Positions 37,758 to 48,961 of a stretch of DNA of 64,000 nt are shown in pieces (position 1 is the first letter of the stretch; each line of letters opens with the position of its first letter). This stretch comes from Mobula birostris (taxonomy: Eukaryota): NCBI RefSeq assembly GCF_030028105.1, contig NC_092370.1:125018221-125082220 (forward strand), written 5' to 3'. A program made the position numbers and the translations under genes. The notes under the pieces were generated by a model. That model made no database searches, was not told where the DNA came from, and was given only the letters and a program-made list of their open reading frames with translations.

Positions 37758-39725
37758 TCCAGGTTCCCTCCTCTCATCCACTCCAAATCAAACAAGAGGT
37801 TCGTTCTGCCTCTTCCCCCATCCTACGATCTGCTTGTTTTTTTTGCTCCTTTCGTCCAGGCCCAGATCTGACAACAACCGCCATGCTGATTTGGCTGGGG
37901 AACCTCTGCAGCCGATCTCCACAGGGAACAACCATGCCTGCCATCCCTTGTCGTTACACTCCTGCAGTAAGGGCTGGTACTTCAAGGCCTTTCTGTCATG
38001 GGCCTCTTCCCATCCCTCCTCCCACGGCACAGTCAGCTCAACCAGAATTATTTTCCTGTCTTCAGTTGACCGCAATACAATGTCCGGGCGTAGGGTTGTG
38101 TGCACCACATCCGGGAACTGCATCCTCCTTCCCACATCGACCCTCATCTCCCAGGACCTGGCCGTTAGCAGCAGATTGTTTGGTTACGAAAAACCTGGCT
38201 CCCTCCTTGATGAAGGTGATGGTCTTCCTCAAATCTGTGCCAGCCATCCTCTTCTTGCATCTCTCCCACTCTAGTGTGTCAGCAACAGCCAGAAGCACCT
38301 GATCAAGGAGCCACCTGTACCGTCCTTGAGTTAGAGCTGTTTTACACCTGGACAGTATATGAGCCAGTGTCCACTTTTGACCACAGAGCTTTCAGTTCGG
38401 GTCCTCTCTCATCCCCCATGAGTACAGATGTAATGGTGAAGGAAGGGTGTCATACACTGATCGCAAGAGGAAGGAAATACAGAAGGGCTCCAGTCTCCAT
38501 AACTCTGCCCATGAGATCTTGCGCTTGGGCAGATCCCATTTTGTCAAGGCACGCTGGGACCCTTGTTCCACTGCCTTTGACATCCACTTCTCTTCCTCAC
38601 GGATCCGTACTTCTGCCTGTACCATGTCTCACCTGTTCCTTATGCTTGCGTTTCCCCACTGCTAGAAGTGAACTGAGGCGAGGCCTTGCCACTCGACGCA
38701 GGAGTTGCCGATGATATCTTGCAGCTTCAGAGAACACACTGCCTGCTCCACAGCTGCGTTGGCTGCACACTTGCACCCAGATCTGGTTGTAACACCTGCT
38801 TGCTTTACCAAGACGTCATTGGAATCTCTCAAGCGTAATAAGGCTCTGCATTTTGCCACCTTGAATTCCTCCACAACAGATGACAGGGGAAGCTGCAGTT
38901 GCCAGTTCGAATATAGAGGCCCGTTAAAGAGAAGCTTGGGGGAACTCCCAACCATCTCCGCAAGTGTTTGTTGGTTTTCCTCTCGATGCACTGTATGGCA
39001 GTCATGGGGAACTCATAAAGTGTGAAGAGCCAGAGAAGCCTGGGCAGAAGGCTATATTGGTACAGTCAGGTCTTGAATTTACCGGGAAGTCTGGATTTGT
39101 CGATCTTCTCCAGCCATTCGTCTGTCTGCTTCACAGTATTGGTGACATTGTCCCCATCTGTCAGTTACACATTAAACCACTTCCCCAAGCATTTTATCCG
39201 GTTATCTTTGATGGAAGGGATGACCTCACCCTGAACTTGGAGGCTAAACTTGCTAGTAACTTTGCCCTTTCTGATCACCATACACCTGGACTTCTTGGCC
39301 TTGAAGGACATCCTCGTGCAAGTGGCTACATTATCCAGGGATTCGAATACCCATCTTGCTTGGACATGTGCCACAGTTGTTATAGTGATGTCGTCCATGA
39401 ACCCTCGTAGAGTCGGCTGAACAATGCCCGACTCCAACGTCGGGCCGCGGGTTACATCTTCTGCTGCTGATAATAGGAGGTTCATTCCCATAATAAATAG
39501 GATGGGGGAGATGGTGCACCCTGTTGGAATCCCCTTCTGGAGGTCCTGCCGACTAGTTGTGAAATGGGCTGTTGTAAATCTGAGTTTGAATCCTCCTAGG
39601 TAGCTGGTGATCATGTCTTGAATAGCCACTGGGATGTAGTAGTGGTCGAGTCCTTCCAGGATGAGGTCATGTGGAATTAAGGTTTGTCCATCGTCATTGA
39701 TGAAGACCTCGACACCATTAGTACT

Positions 39726-39866
39726 TTTTACGAGGCCGAGTTGCTAGCTCGACACTCAACCTTGGCAAGGATGGAAAGTGTACCCGGGAGCAGCTTGACT
39801 GGATTCGAACTCGGGAACCTTCGCTCCTGGAGTCCAGCGCTGCTGTCACTGCGCCACCAGCCGGCT
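39726..39866 (-). mobile_element. tRNA-derived SINE head, same family as 7880-8018
   Basis: Minus GCCGGCTGGTGGCGCAGTG...GAGTTCGAATCCAGTC...GTCGAGCTAGCAACTCGGCCTCGTAAAAA. Confidence 0.85.
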
Positions 39867-40036
39867 GATGATGCCAAGACTAACGCTTGATTTGGATTTA
39901 AGTGAGGGAGAGTTGTACGGTGTCAGCCTCACTCTCTCTTCCCAATTCCCATCTGGATCCAGTGGCAAGGCAAGAGTCGAGACGGCTGGAGATGAGACTA
40001 GGTGCAGTGGATGACCAGGACATCTTCTGTGCCTTT

Positions 40037-40584
40037 GTGTATTGTGTACAGTTCTGGTCACCGAATTATAGGAAAGAATTATAGGAAAGAAAAATAAAAT
40101 TGAGAGAGTACAGAGGAGATTTACTAAAATGTTGCCTGGGTTTCATCTCCTAAGTTACAGAGAAAGGTTGAACAAGTTAGGTCTTTATTCTTTGGAGCAT
40201 AGAAGGTTCAGGGGGACTTGATAGAGGTGTTTAAAATTATGAGGGGGATTGATAGAGTTGACGTGGATAGGCTTTTTCCATTGAGAATGGGGGAGATTCA
40301 AACAAGAGGACATGAGTTGAGAGTTAAAGGGCAAAAGTTTAGGGGTAACATGAGGGGGAACAACTTTACTCAGAGAGTGGTAGCTGTGTAGAACGAGCTT
40401 CCAGCAGAAGTGGTTGAGGCAGGTTCGATGTTGTCGTTTAAAGTTAAATTGGATAGATATATGGACAGGAAAGGAATGGAGGGTTATGGGCCGAGTGCAG
40501 GTCGGTGGGACTAGGTGAGAGTAAGAGTTCAGCACAGACTAGAAGGGCCGAGATGGTCTGTTTCCGTGCTGTAATTGTTATATG
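40037..40584 (+). mobile_element. CR1 3' fragment
   Basis: CAGTTCTGGTCACC, ACAAGAGGACATGAG, TTTACTCAGAGAGTGG; tail GTGCTGTAATTGTTATATG. Confidence 0.88.
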
Positions 40585-40744
40585 GTCTTGTCGTGCTCTA
40601 CGTGTTCCACGACGCTTGCAGAGACTGCCTTCTTGACCGTTGGACCTACCATTGGTCTCGTCCGCTCAATCCGCCGGAGTCTGTCTTCACATGCTGGGAT
40701 AGACAACTCCCTATCTCACTGAGAGTTTGAGACCAGTCGGCTAC

Positions 40745-40928
40745 CTTCACTTGGTTTAGCCGGCTTGTCAAAGCCGTTGCCCAGGGTGTGGTTGCTGTCG
40801 CATGCAAACAGCTACGGGGAGCCACAGGTGAGAACTGAGTGCCAGGTGGGGACCAAAGGTGGACAAAGCGCCCTGAAAAGGACACAATGTGTTCCCCCAC
40901 CAGAGGTGCTACCCCTACCTGACACCCC
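40745..40928 (-). ncRNA. HDV-like self-cleaving ribozyme fold at the 5' end of the RTE-like element
   Basis: P1 GGGGTGT(40928-40922)/ACACCCT(40789-40783) with G.U first pair. GG-GCAA, P4 CGGCTT/AAGCCG, J4/2 GCTAA. P2 CTCACCTGT/ACCAAGTGAAG is imperfect. L3 starts TCCCCGT. Confidence 0.68.
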
Positions 40929-42704
40929 ATACACTCCAACAGTCATGTGGAATAAACCCGTAGGCGCTCGTGAGGTCTAACCAGACAACTGTTAGGTCGC
41001 CTTTTCTCTGCTTGGCCTCATGGATCAAATGGCTAATCATTGAGGTGTGTTCCAGACACCTCAAAAAGCCTGGAATACCGCCTTTCTGGGTAGATGTGTT
41101 GACAAGGCGGTTCTGCGTCATGTAAGAAGTCAGCCTTCTTGTGAGCACAGAAAAGAAAATCTTACATTCCACATCTAGGAGAGAAATTGTCCAAAACTGG
41201 GTAAATGTGGAAGAATCCTCTTCCTTTGGAATAAAGCATCCCTCTGCCAATTTCCAACTTGATGGAATAGTACCTTTGGCCCAGATCTTTCTCATGACCT
41301 TCCACAGCCTCCAAAGAAGCTTTGGGCATTTCTTATACACCTTGTAAGGTAGGCCGCTTGGGCCTGGGGCAGCTGATGCTTTAGCTTTCCGGATGATGTC
41401 CTGGATTTCCTGCCATGTAGGCTCCTTCACATTCAGCTCATTTGATGGTTTTTCCGGTCTACGCACAGCCCCATTAGTTCCTAGTCCCTGACCCCTCTGT
41501 GGGTCACTGTGTGCCTCCCACAGGAACTCCTCTCTGGCTTCGAGCTGGATAGTATACCAGATTTTTGTTGGCTGAGAAGAGTCCTGGTGAAGCTGAATGG
41601 ATCTCTCACAAACTGCGCTCGCCTTTTCTCTTTCTTCCTTCTTTGCTGTCGTAGATGTTCCGCCCTCCAGAGTTTGCACAGCTTTTCCCGCAGCATACTG
41701 GTTACGTCCTTGAAACCTTCTCTTTTGGTCAGTGAGCTGGTTTTAAACCTCTTGTTGAGCGTCTGTAATTCACCTCTCAAGCGACAAACCTCCCTTTCCC
41801 TCCTATTTGGTTGCATCCAGGTGACGTTGTCTGATGATCTAGGCCATTTGATCCTGCCTTTCCTTGATGAATGGATTGGGGTAGCCAAAGAGGAACTCAG
41901 TTAGTCTGTTGTTTGGTGCTGAGGCGACTCAAGTGCGGAGAGATCTTCAGCTCTGTGGGGTGCTTCCTGGCTGGAATTCTCCTTCGTCTCACCGGACACT
42001 AAGTCCGTGTGCTGCACTTGGGTCACCATTGATCCACATCTAGACCTGCTCTGGTATATCTTTTGAGCCCTCTGATGTTTTTGCAGACTTTCCTGCAATG
42101 ACACCTTACTGTGAATTCCTTTCCAGTCAGTGTTGTTTGCTTTAGCTTCCTTGTAGTTGTGTTTCCTGTCCTGGCCATTGCCGGTATATCGTCCCGTTGC
42201 ATCTCTCATCCTCTCCCCTCCCTCTCAGGAGACTCTGAGGGTATTGCTCTTCGTGTTCAGTCGTAGCTTGAGTGGTGCCCTCTTGCGAGTGCTGCCCACA
42301 AGGTTGCTAGCCTTGTGAGCCCGTGCCGGTCTTTCCTGGAGGTCAGCTGTCTCTCCAGTGTCACCGACCTTACTCGGTTGCCATCCAGTCTTTCCTGGAA
42401 GCCATTGGTACAAAACAGAGATTAATTGTTACATACACCTGTTAGGGTGCATTCTCCAGATACCTTATAAAGTAACTGTAGCCTTCAGCCAGGAGCAAGT
42501 GTCATTGGGTGGCTCCCAACCTTCACAGAGTGTTTTCGACCCTTAACCATGACACTCTCCAGTTGGTGGGCCGGCAGTGGTGGCCAAATCACTGCCCATC
42601 TGCTCCTACCTGTTGAAGGATGCTGGTCAGTGGAGTTTGCATCAAACACAGTGCCAGCTAATTACTGCCCTCCCTGCTATTGCATTCTATAGCTTCTGTT
42701 TTAA

Positions 42705-43935
42705 AAAAAAGTCAAGTTTATTGTCATTGGCATAACTACATGTACGCACAGGTGCAATTAAAAATTTATTTGCAGCAGTATCGCAGGTGTATTCCATCAT
42801 ATAAGCTGTATTCATAAGAAAATCATAAATTTTACAAGAAAGAACTCAATTAAAACAAAAAGAAACAGTTCATTTTCGTGCAAGGTGATCAGTCGTCATA
42901 ATGTTGCTAATAATGCTGTTATGATTAGGGTTTTTGACAGTGAGTTCAAGAACTACTGAATACTTGAAGGCAGGGAGCTGTTTTTGAACCTGCTGGTGTG
43001 GAACTTAAGGCTTCTATAGCCACTGCTTGATGGTAGCTGTGAAAAGATGGCATTGCCCAGAATGCCAGGATCATTGATGGCGTATTTTGCTTTCTTGTGG
43101 CAGTACCTCATTTAGATACTTTTTTATTTCAAAATATACTTTATTCAAAAATAAAATTATATACAATAAACCATTCAATAACTCTCCATCCTTTACATAC
43201 GTTTCCATTATGGTCTGTACATATCCATACTTTTGCCTCATTTAGATATTACCGATGGCAGGGAGGGTTAATTCCAGGATGTATTGAGCACAGCTCACTA
43301 CTCTCCGCAGCTTCTTACATTCCTTTGCATTCAAATTGCCATACCTCACCATGATACAACCAGTCAGGATACTTTCAAAAGTACAAACATAGAATTTGTT
43401 AGAGTGTTTGGTGACCTGCTTTCCTTGTGATTGCAACTGCGTGCTGGGCCCAGTTCTGCTCTTGTTAATGCCCTGGAATTTAAAGCTGCTGACTCTCTCT
43501 ACCACTGATCCCTCAATGTAGACTGGCACAGTTCACCTTCCTTCCCATTCCTGAAGTCAACAATCAGCTCTTCTGTTTCACTGATGTTGTGTGTTGTTGT
43601 TGTGGCACCACTGAACCAGGTTTCCTATTTCGCTCTGGTTAGCTAACTCATTAGTACTTGTGATTTGTCCAACAGCAGTAATGTCATTGGCAAAATTTGA
43701 AACTTGCGTTGGAGCAGTGCTTAGCCACAAACTTATGGGTGTATGGAGAGTAGAGAGTGGGGCTAAGCACGTAACTTTGATGTGCACCTGTGTTGATGAT
43801 CAACAAGGAGGCGTTGTTATTACCAACCCTCACTGATTGAGGCTTGTTGATGAGGAAGACCAGTATCCATTTGCTGAGGGAGATAGAGAGGTCCAGGTCT
43901 TGAAGCTTAATGATAAGTTTTGATAGGATGATTGT
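42705..43935 (-). mobile_element. Rex1/Babar RT fragment
   Basis: Minus peptides IINTGAHQSYVLSPTLYS, FANDITAVG, VERVSSFKFQG, ESILTGCIMVRYG. Confidence 0.85.
43119..43235 (-). mobile_element. Short antisense poly(A) retroinsertion (L1/Tx1-type 3' UTR)
   Basis: T-rich head with TTTATT. 13-bp TSD CCTCATTTAGATA at 43106-43118 and 43236-43248. Confidence 0.8.
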
Positions 43936-44679
43936 GTTGAATAGGCACACTGTTAGTTTTGCCTTCCATTTGGTTGAGAGCATAATTTAAATGTAACTGC
44001 TGTATTATTGAGTTTGTTTTAATGCATGCCATTCGTCAGAGATAATTAAAGCCATGTGTTTTCTAAGCTTTGCAGTCTGTGTTATTCTTGTTGCTGTAGG
44101 CGTGAGTCTCAACATTATTCTGATGTGGGCATATCGAACTGTGCCCATCGGAATTAGCTTTGTTGTGGGTGTAATTAATATTCCATTTTCTATGTCTTCC
44201 TGCAACATTGCCATGCAAGCTAATGAAAGATTCTGCAAGGAGAGTTGTTCAGTCATTAAAGTTTCCACCGGGTAATTGTGTTTCGGGAAACTTAGTAATG
44301 TGTAAGTATTTAATGTTTTATCAAACGCTTCAGCAAAGTGTTGAATTGAACTCTTTTGCTTGTTTTAGCAAATACAATTAAAGCAGATGCTTTCATTAGT
44401 TGTGTTCTAATGCTGAATTATATTGCTGATAAAAAAATAAAAACTCTGAAATATGCTACTGCAATAATATTCTGTGTAGTTCAGTCAATGTGTGTTATGT
44501 CAGCTTAATTTTCTGCAGTTTAGTAACTTGTATCTCAAACTCTGGGACGGATGTAATTCAGTTTTAGAGATAAGAACAGAAAATGCTCCAATGGTCAAGC
44601 AGCTCCTTTAGAGGGTGAAAAATAGAGTTAACTTTACTAATTGAAATATCCTGAGGTCTGGCAATTTTGATGCAAGCTG

Positions 44680-45610
44680 GAATAGCAGGTTCTGAATTTG
44701 CTAATTTTGGTGTCAAGTCCTGAGAGCTGTAATACATCTTGTTTGGAAACTAATTGCTGTTATATTGGTCTTCAATGGAACAGTCAAACTGCAAACTCAG
44801 TACCATCCCTGTAGACTGAATGGAGATATTCTGCCAAGCAGTTATCCGGTCTGCATTCAGTTTCTCCACTCCACAAAAGACCACATCATGAACCCAAAGC
44901 AATACACTAAAATTGAAAGCATCGCTACTGAATTGTCACTTCACCAAGGGAATGGCCATGGAAGGGGAAGAGGTAAAATGAGTCTCTGTTCCCTCTCCTG
45001 TGCCGTGAGATGGGGTGTTAATGCTGATGATAGATCAAAAAGATGATGAAGGACTGTCCCTTTGTAATGCTGAGAGAGAAGAAGAAGATATGTTTGATAA
45101 TCTGTGTCTTATTGAGTGTTTTAGAAATCAGTTCACCTGGGATACTGATGGGGTGGTAGGTGAGGACAAGGGAAATCCTCTCCTTACTGAGGGGCTAAGA
45201 GAGGTTGTGAGAGCAGAAGAGAGAGAAATGGAACATTCATGATTGAGATCACTGTCAACTTTGATAGCAGGGAAGTCTTGGTTAAGGTATTGGGAAGATT
45301 CCTCAGAACCAGCTGTATGCAAGATGATACTCATAACTGATAGGACTGAGCCAAGAAATTGGGAAAATAGAATGAATTCCTCTCCCCATTGGGAGCAGGT
45401 GGTAGGATGTGTAGTCAAGTTAACTATGGCAATTGATGGGCTTCTGATGGATGTTGGTTTCAAACCTTGCCCCTAAGATGGAAGTAGTAAGTCTAGAAAG
45501 TGAGTGAAAGAGGCAGAATGGGACCGATTGAAAGGGAGGACAGGAACTCAATGGATTCTTTGACTGATGAAAATTAGTGAAGGCCACAAATTGTGAAAAT
45601 TTGGACAAAG
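44680..45610 (-). mobile_element. Old Penelope-like RT/EN fragment
   Basis: Minus peptides PFQSVPFCLF, RFETNIHQKPINCHS(*LDYTS), FILFSQFL, homologous in layout to 62800-63400. Confidence 0.6.
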
Positions 45611-45924
45611 CAATGCTGGAAATATTTTTTCAACAAAGAAAGGTAAGTATACCAGTGAACAGACTTATGTGGCTTATTTTTTTTGTTTGATGCTCCTGCA
45701 ACGCATGGAATTTAAGCATTTTGCCTAACTGGCCAACTTGACATACAAAAACAACGTGGTATCTGAGAGATCTGTACAGTATTCAGGGGCCTGAGCTATG
45801 TACAGGCAGTTCAGCTGCCAAGAAGAGCTCTCAGCAATCATTGAAAAATAAAAGTTGCAACCAGAATGAACTTGCAAAGCAGACAAATCAAATGTTACTG
45901 AAAATGCCTATCAATGAAGGCATC

Positions 45925-46373
45925 AATTGTGTCTTTTTCATCCAGGCTGTAAGCCAGGGAGTAGTTGCATGCATTAAAAGCTATTATTGATCTGGACCTT
46001 TTCAAAAATATATTTGTGGGGGGAGCAATTTGAAAACTGGTTGAAAAAAAATAGACTGGATGCCATTCATGAGGTATGCGGAATACAGAGTGCTGTGCTG
46101 GCCATAACATAGGCTGCAATGACCAGAGTGTTGAGTGCAATTGAATCGTGGCGCAAAATCTCTCCAAAGGTTATGATTGGAATGAAGAAGAGAGTTTCGC
46201 ATGAGGTCGGGCAGCAAATGGATGAAGGTGAAAGAGTAAACACAGACAACATAGAGGAGTGGCTACCAAGTGAGCCTGAGCCCGAGTTGATTTCTAACAA
46301 TGGCATTGTACAGCATGTTCATGGACAGAACACAAGCTTGAGCGAACATGAAGGAGGGAAGGTGATTCTTTAG
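45925..46373 (+). pseudogene. Degenerate pogo/Tigger transposase C-terminal fossil
   Basis: FIQAVSQGVVACIKSYY* resembles LIQPMDQGVIxxFKxYY. IESWRKISP and NIEEWL...ELISNNGIV follow in the expected order. Confidence 0.55.
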
Positions 46374-46508
46374 TATTGGCTATAATTTTGTGCAGTTGTA
46401 GTCTACGATTACATGGAGCACCAAGATTCCATGTTCCTGAATGATAGCACTGACATATACTAGCAAGGAAAGCAAGGCGATCAATGCAACAGGGAACATG
46501 ACGAGTAC

Positions 46509-48640
46509 TTTTTTTTAAAATTAATTTTTTATGCATTTCTACCAGAAACTACAGAGAGAAAACCAAACAACAGAATGGAGATTTATACAGTGCAAAACAA
46601 ATCCAATATGTAATTCATAACAATAAGAAAAAAAGCACCCAAAAGAGAATTATGTAAAAATAATATCCACCCCAACCTCCCACTGAAAAAGAAAACCCAG
46701 GCCAACCATTTGCATATAAAAGAAAAAATAAATCAGTCGGAGCATTCAACCCCAGAGAACTGTAAATATATATAGGAATAAAGAAAGTATATTGCCGACT
46801 AGCAAAAGTATAATGTAATTCACAACAAAAAACCCGTATAACTTACAAAAAAAAGCTGAAAGTAAGGGATTGTAGCATACAAAAAAAAGGATAAACTTAC
46901 CCTAAAGAAGAATTATGAAATATTCAAGAAAAGGTCTCCACACCTTATAAAACCAAATTAAGAAGTGAATAATTAATCTTTTCGAGGTCTAAACAGGCCA
47001 TATATCACTGAGCCATTGAGCATGAGTGGGTGGGGCAGCACCTTTCCACCTAAGAAGAACCAACTGTCTAGCCAAGAGAGAGGCAAAAGATAATGTTTGG
47101 CATTTAGTCGGACTCAAGTCGACAAAATTACATCATCCAAGGTGCCAAAAAGAGCAACCAGAGGGTTAGGTTCTAAATGGCAATTAAGAATATGAGATAG
47201 GGTTGAAAAAACTTCTCGCCAGAATTTCTCTAGACTAGGACAGGTCCAATGCATATGAATAAAGGAAGCCTCAGCCTCTTTACACTTATCACAAACAGCA
47301 CTAATGTCAAGATAAAACCACAATAATTTAGTTTTAGACATATGAGCCCTGTGTACAACCTTAAACTGCAAAAGGCAGTGGCAAGCACATAAAGAGGTTG
47401 AATTGACTGACTTAAGAATTAAATCCCAAATCGCCTCAGATAGGGAGATATTTAGATCTTGTTCCCAGGCAGTTCTAATTTTATCAAAAGGGGCACGCCT
47501 CAAAATCACTAACTTACCCTGAATAACAGAAATTAAACCTTTACCCAATGGATTGATACCATGAAACAAGTCCAGAATATTTTTCACAGGCACCTCAGGA
47601 AAGTTTGATATCAAAGGGTTAATAAAATGTCTAATTTGAAGATTAGACTAAAGATAATACTAAAGAAATTAGTATTAAGTAGATTAAACTTTACAGACAA
47701 TTGTTGAAAAGTTGCAAAACGATTATCTATGAAAAGATTTTCAAAGCACCTAATACCCTTTCTATGCCAGTCGTAAAATGTTGAATCCCGCATAGAAGGT
47801 AGGAAAAGATGATTGTGTAAAATAGGGCTAGAGAGAGAAAAACCATGAAGACCATTAAATTTTCTGAACTAAGCCCATATTCTTACAGTATGTCTGATAA
47901 GAGGATTAACAATAAGTCTAGGCAAATGACAAGGAAGTGCAGAAATTGAAAGATCCTTAGTAGAGTTCAACTCCATTGCCACCTATTTTGGGCAGTCAGA
48001 CTTATTATGGAAGAAAGACCAAAAAAATAAGACAACGAATATTGGCTGCCCAATAATATAAATGAAAATTAGGCAAGGCCATACCACCTTCCTTTTTAGA
48101 TTTTTGAAGATGAGCTTTATTAAGTCTAGGTGTTTACCCTTCCAGTGATAAGACGAAATAATAGAATCTAACCCATCAAAAAAAGCTTTAGAAATAAAAA
48201 TTGGTAAAGACTGAAATCGCTACAAAAATTTAGGAAGGATATACATTTTAATAACATTAATATGACCTACAAGAGACATAGACAAGGTTGACCACCGTGT
48301 CAAGCTCTGTAGGGTTTAGAAGATTGGTAAAATTTTCTCGAAAAAGATTCTTAGAAGTTCTTTGTTACTGTAATACCAAGATAGGTGAACTGGTTGTTAA
48401 CTACTTTAAAAGGGAGGTCATGGAATACTAAAGCTTGTGCTTCTCTATTGATTAGAAAGAGCTCACTCTTATGTAATTTGTTTATAGCCAGAAAGTTGGC
48501 TAAATTTATTAAGAAGTGAAAACATTGAGGGTAAGGAGGTAGTCAGGTTTGATATAAAAAATAAAAGATCGTCAGCGTGAAGGGAAGCTTTATGCTCAAC
48601 ACCTCCCCTCCAAATCCCCATCACTTCAGCACAGCTACGA
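46509..48640 (-). mobile_element. L1/Tx1-clade LINE, 5'-truncated
   Basis: Minus HKASLHADDLL (YADD), LLQFKVVHRAH, CDKC...FIHMHWTCP knuckle; poly(T) head. Possible TSD ACGAGTACTTT / ATGAGTATTTT (46501 and 48641). Confidence 0.9.
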
Positions 48641-48961
48641 ATGAGTATTTTAATAAGGAGTGAATTGCAGCATATAGCTTTGATATCTCAATATTTTCCA
48701 TTTTAAATGTGTTTATATTGCTGATTTAATTTTTTATTTAGAGATACAGCATGGTAACAGATTCTTCTGTCCCAATAAACCCATACGAACCTACTGCCCC
48801 ATACAATTTCAGAATGTCTGAATCCTGACAGATAGCAGCAGACCTGAACATGATTCGCTGGCGCTGTTACAGCATTACGCTAACCACTTTGCTACCATGC
48901 TGCTCTGTAATGATCCGGGGAGTAGTTAATATATATATGTGTGCGTGTGTACACACACATA

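Larger units (their letters stand above)
39678..40941 (-). mobile_element. Non-autonomous RTE-like retroelement inserted in HERO RT (contains a SINE head and a CR1 piece)
   Basis: TSD GTCATGTGGAAT at 39666-39677 and 40942-40953. HERO ORF is continuous across it (...YGFIPHD|LILEGLDHY). RTE assignment is inference from 5' and 3' end style. Confidence 0.75.
37573..42607 (-). mobile_element. HERO-type (R2 superfamily, RT plus restriction-like endonuclease) non-LTR retrotransposon, near full length, frameshifted
   Basis: N-terminal Zn finger CHCRKVCKNIRGLK (~42100). RT motifs PGPSGLPYKVYKKCP, QKGGIPGF, WLDLTSAYG, GCTISPILF, FMDD. CCHC knuckle (KLCGQKWTLAHILSRC). REL motif RPDIV...IILVELTVPWE...KALKY...VEIGCRG. 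~180-bp direct repeats at 37573-37753 and 42426-42607. Confidence 0.92.

Noticed and set aside
37709-39410. Plus-strand ORFs of 100-200 aa
   Set aside because: They are antisense shadows of the HERO coding region.
37573-42607. LTR retrotransposon, or long TSD
   Set aside because: No TG..CA ends, PBS, gag or integrase were seen. RT and REL motifs are non-LTR, and the repeat is the element's own 3' end.
42487-42607. Second active hammerhead in the upstream HERO repeat
   Set aside because: The core reads CCAAUGA, there is an extra A in GAAA, and stem I has mismatches, so this copy is probably dead.
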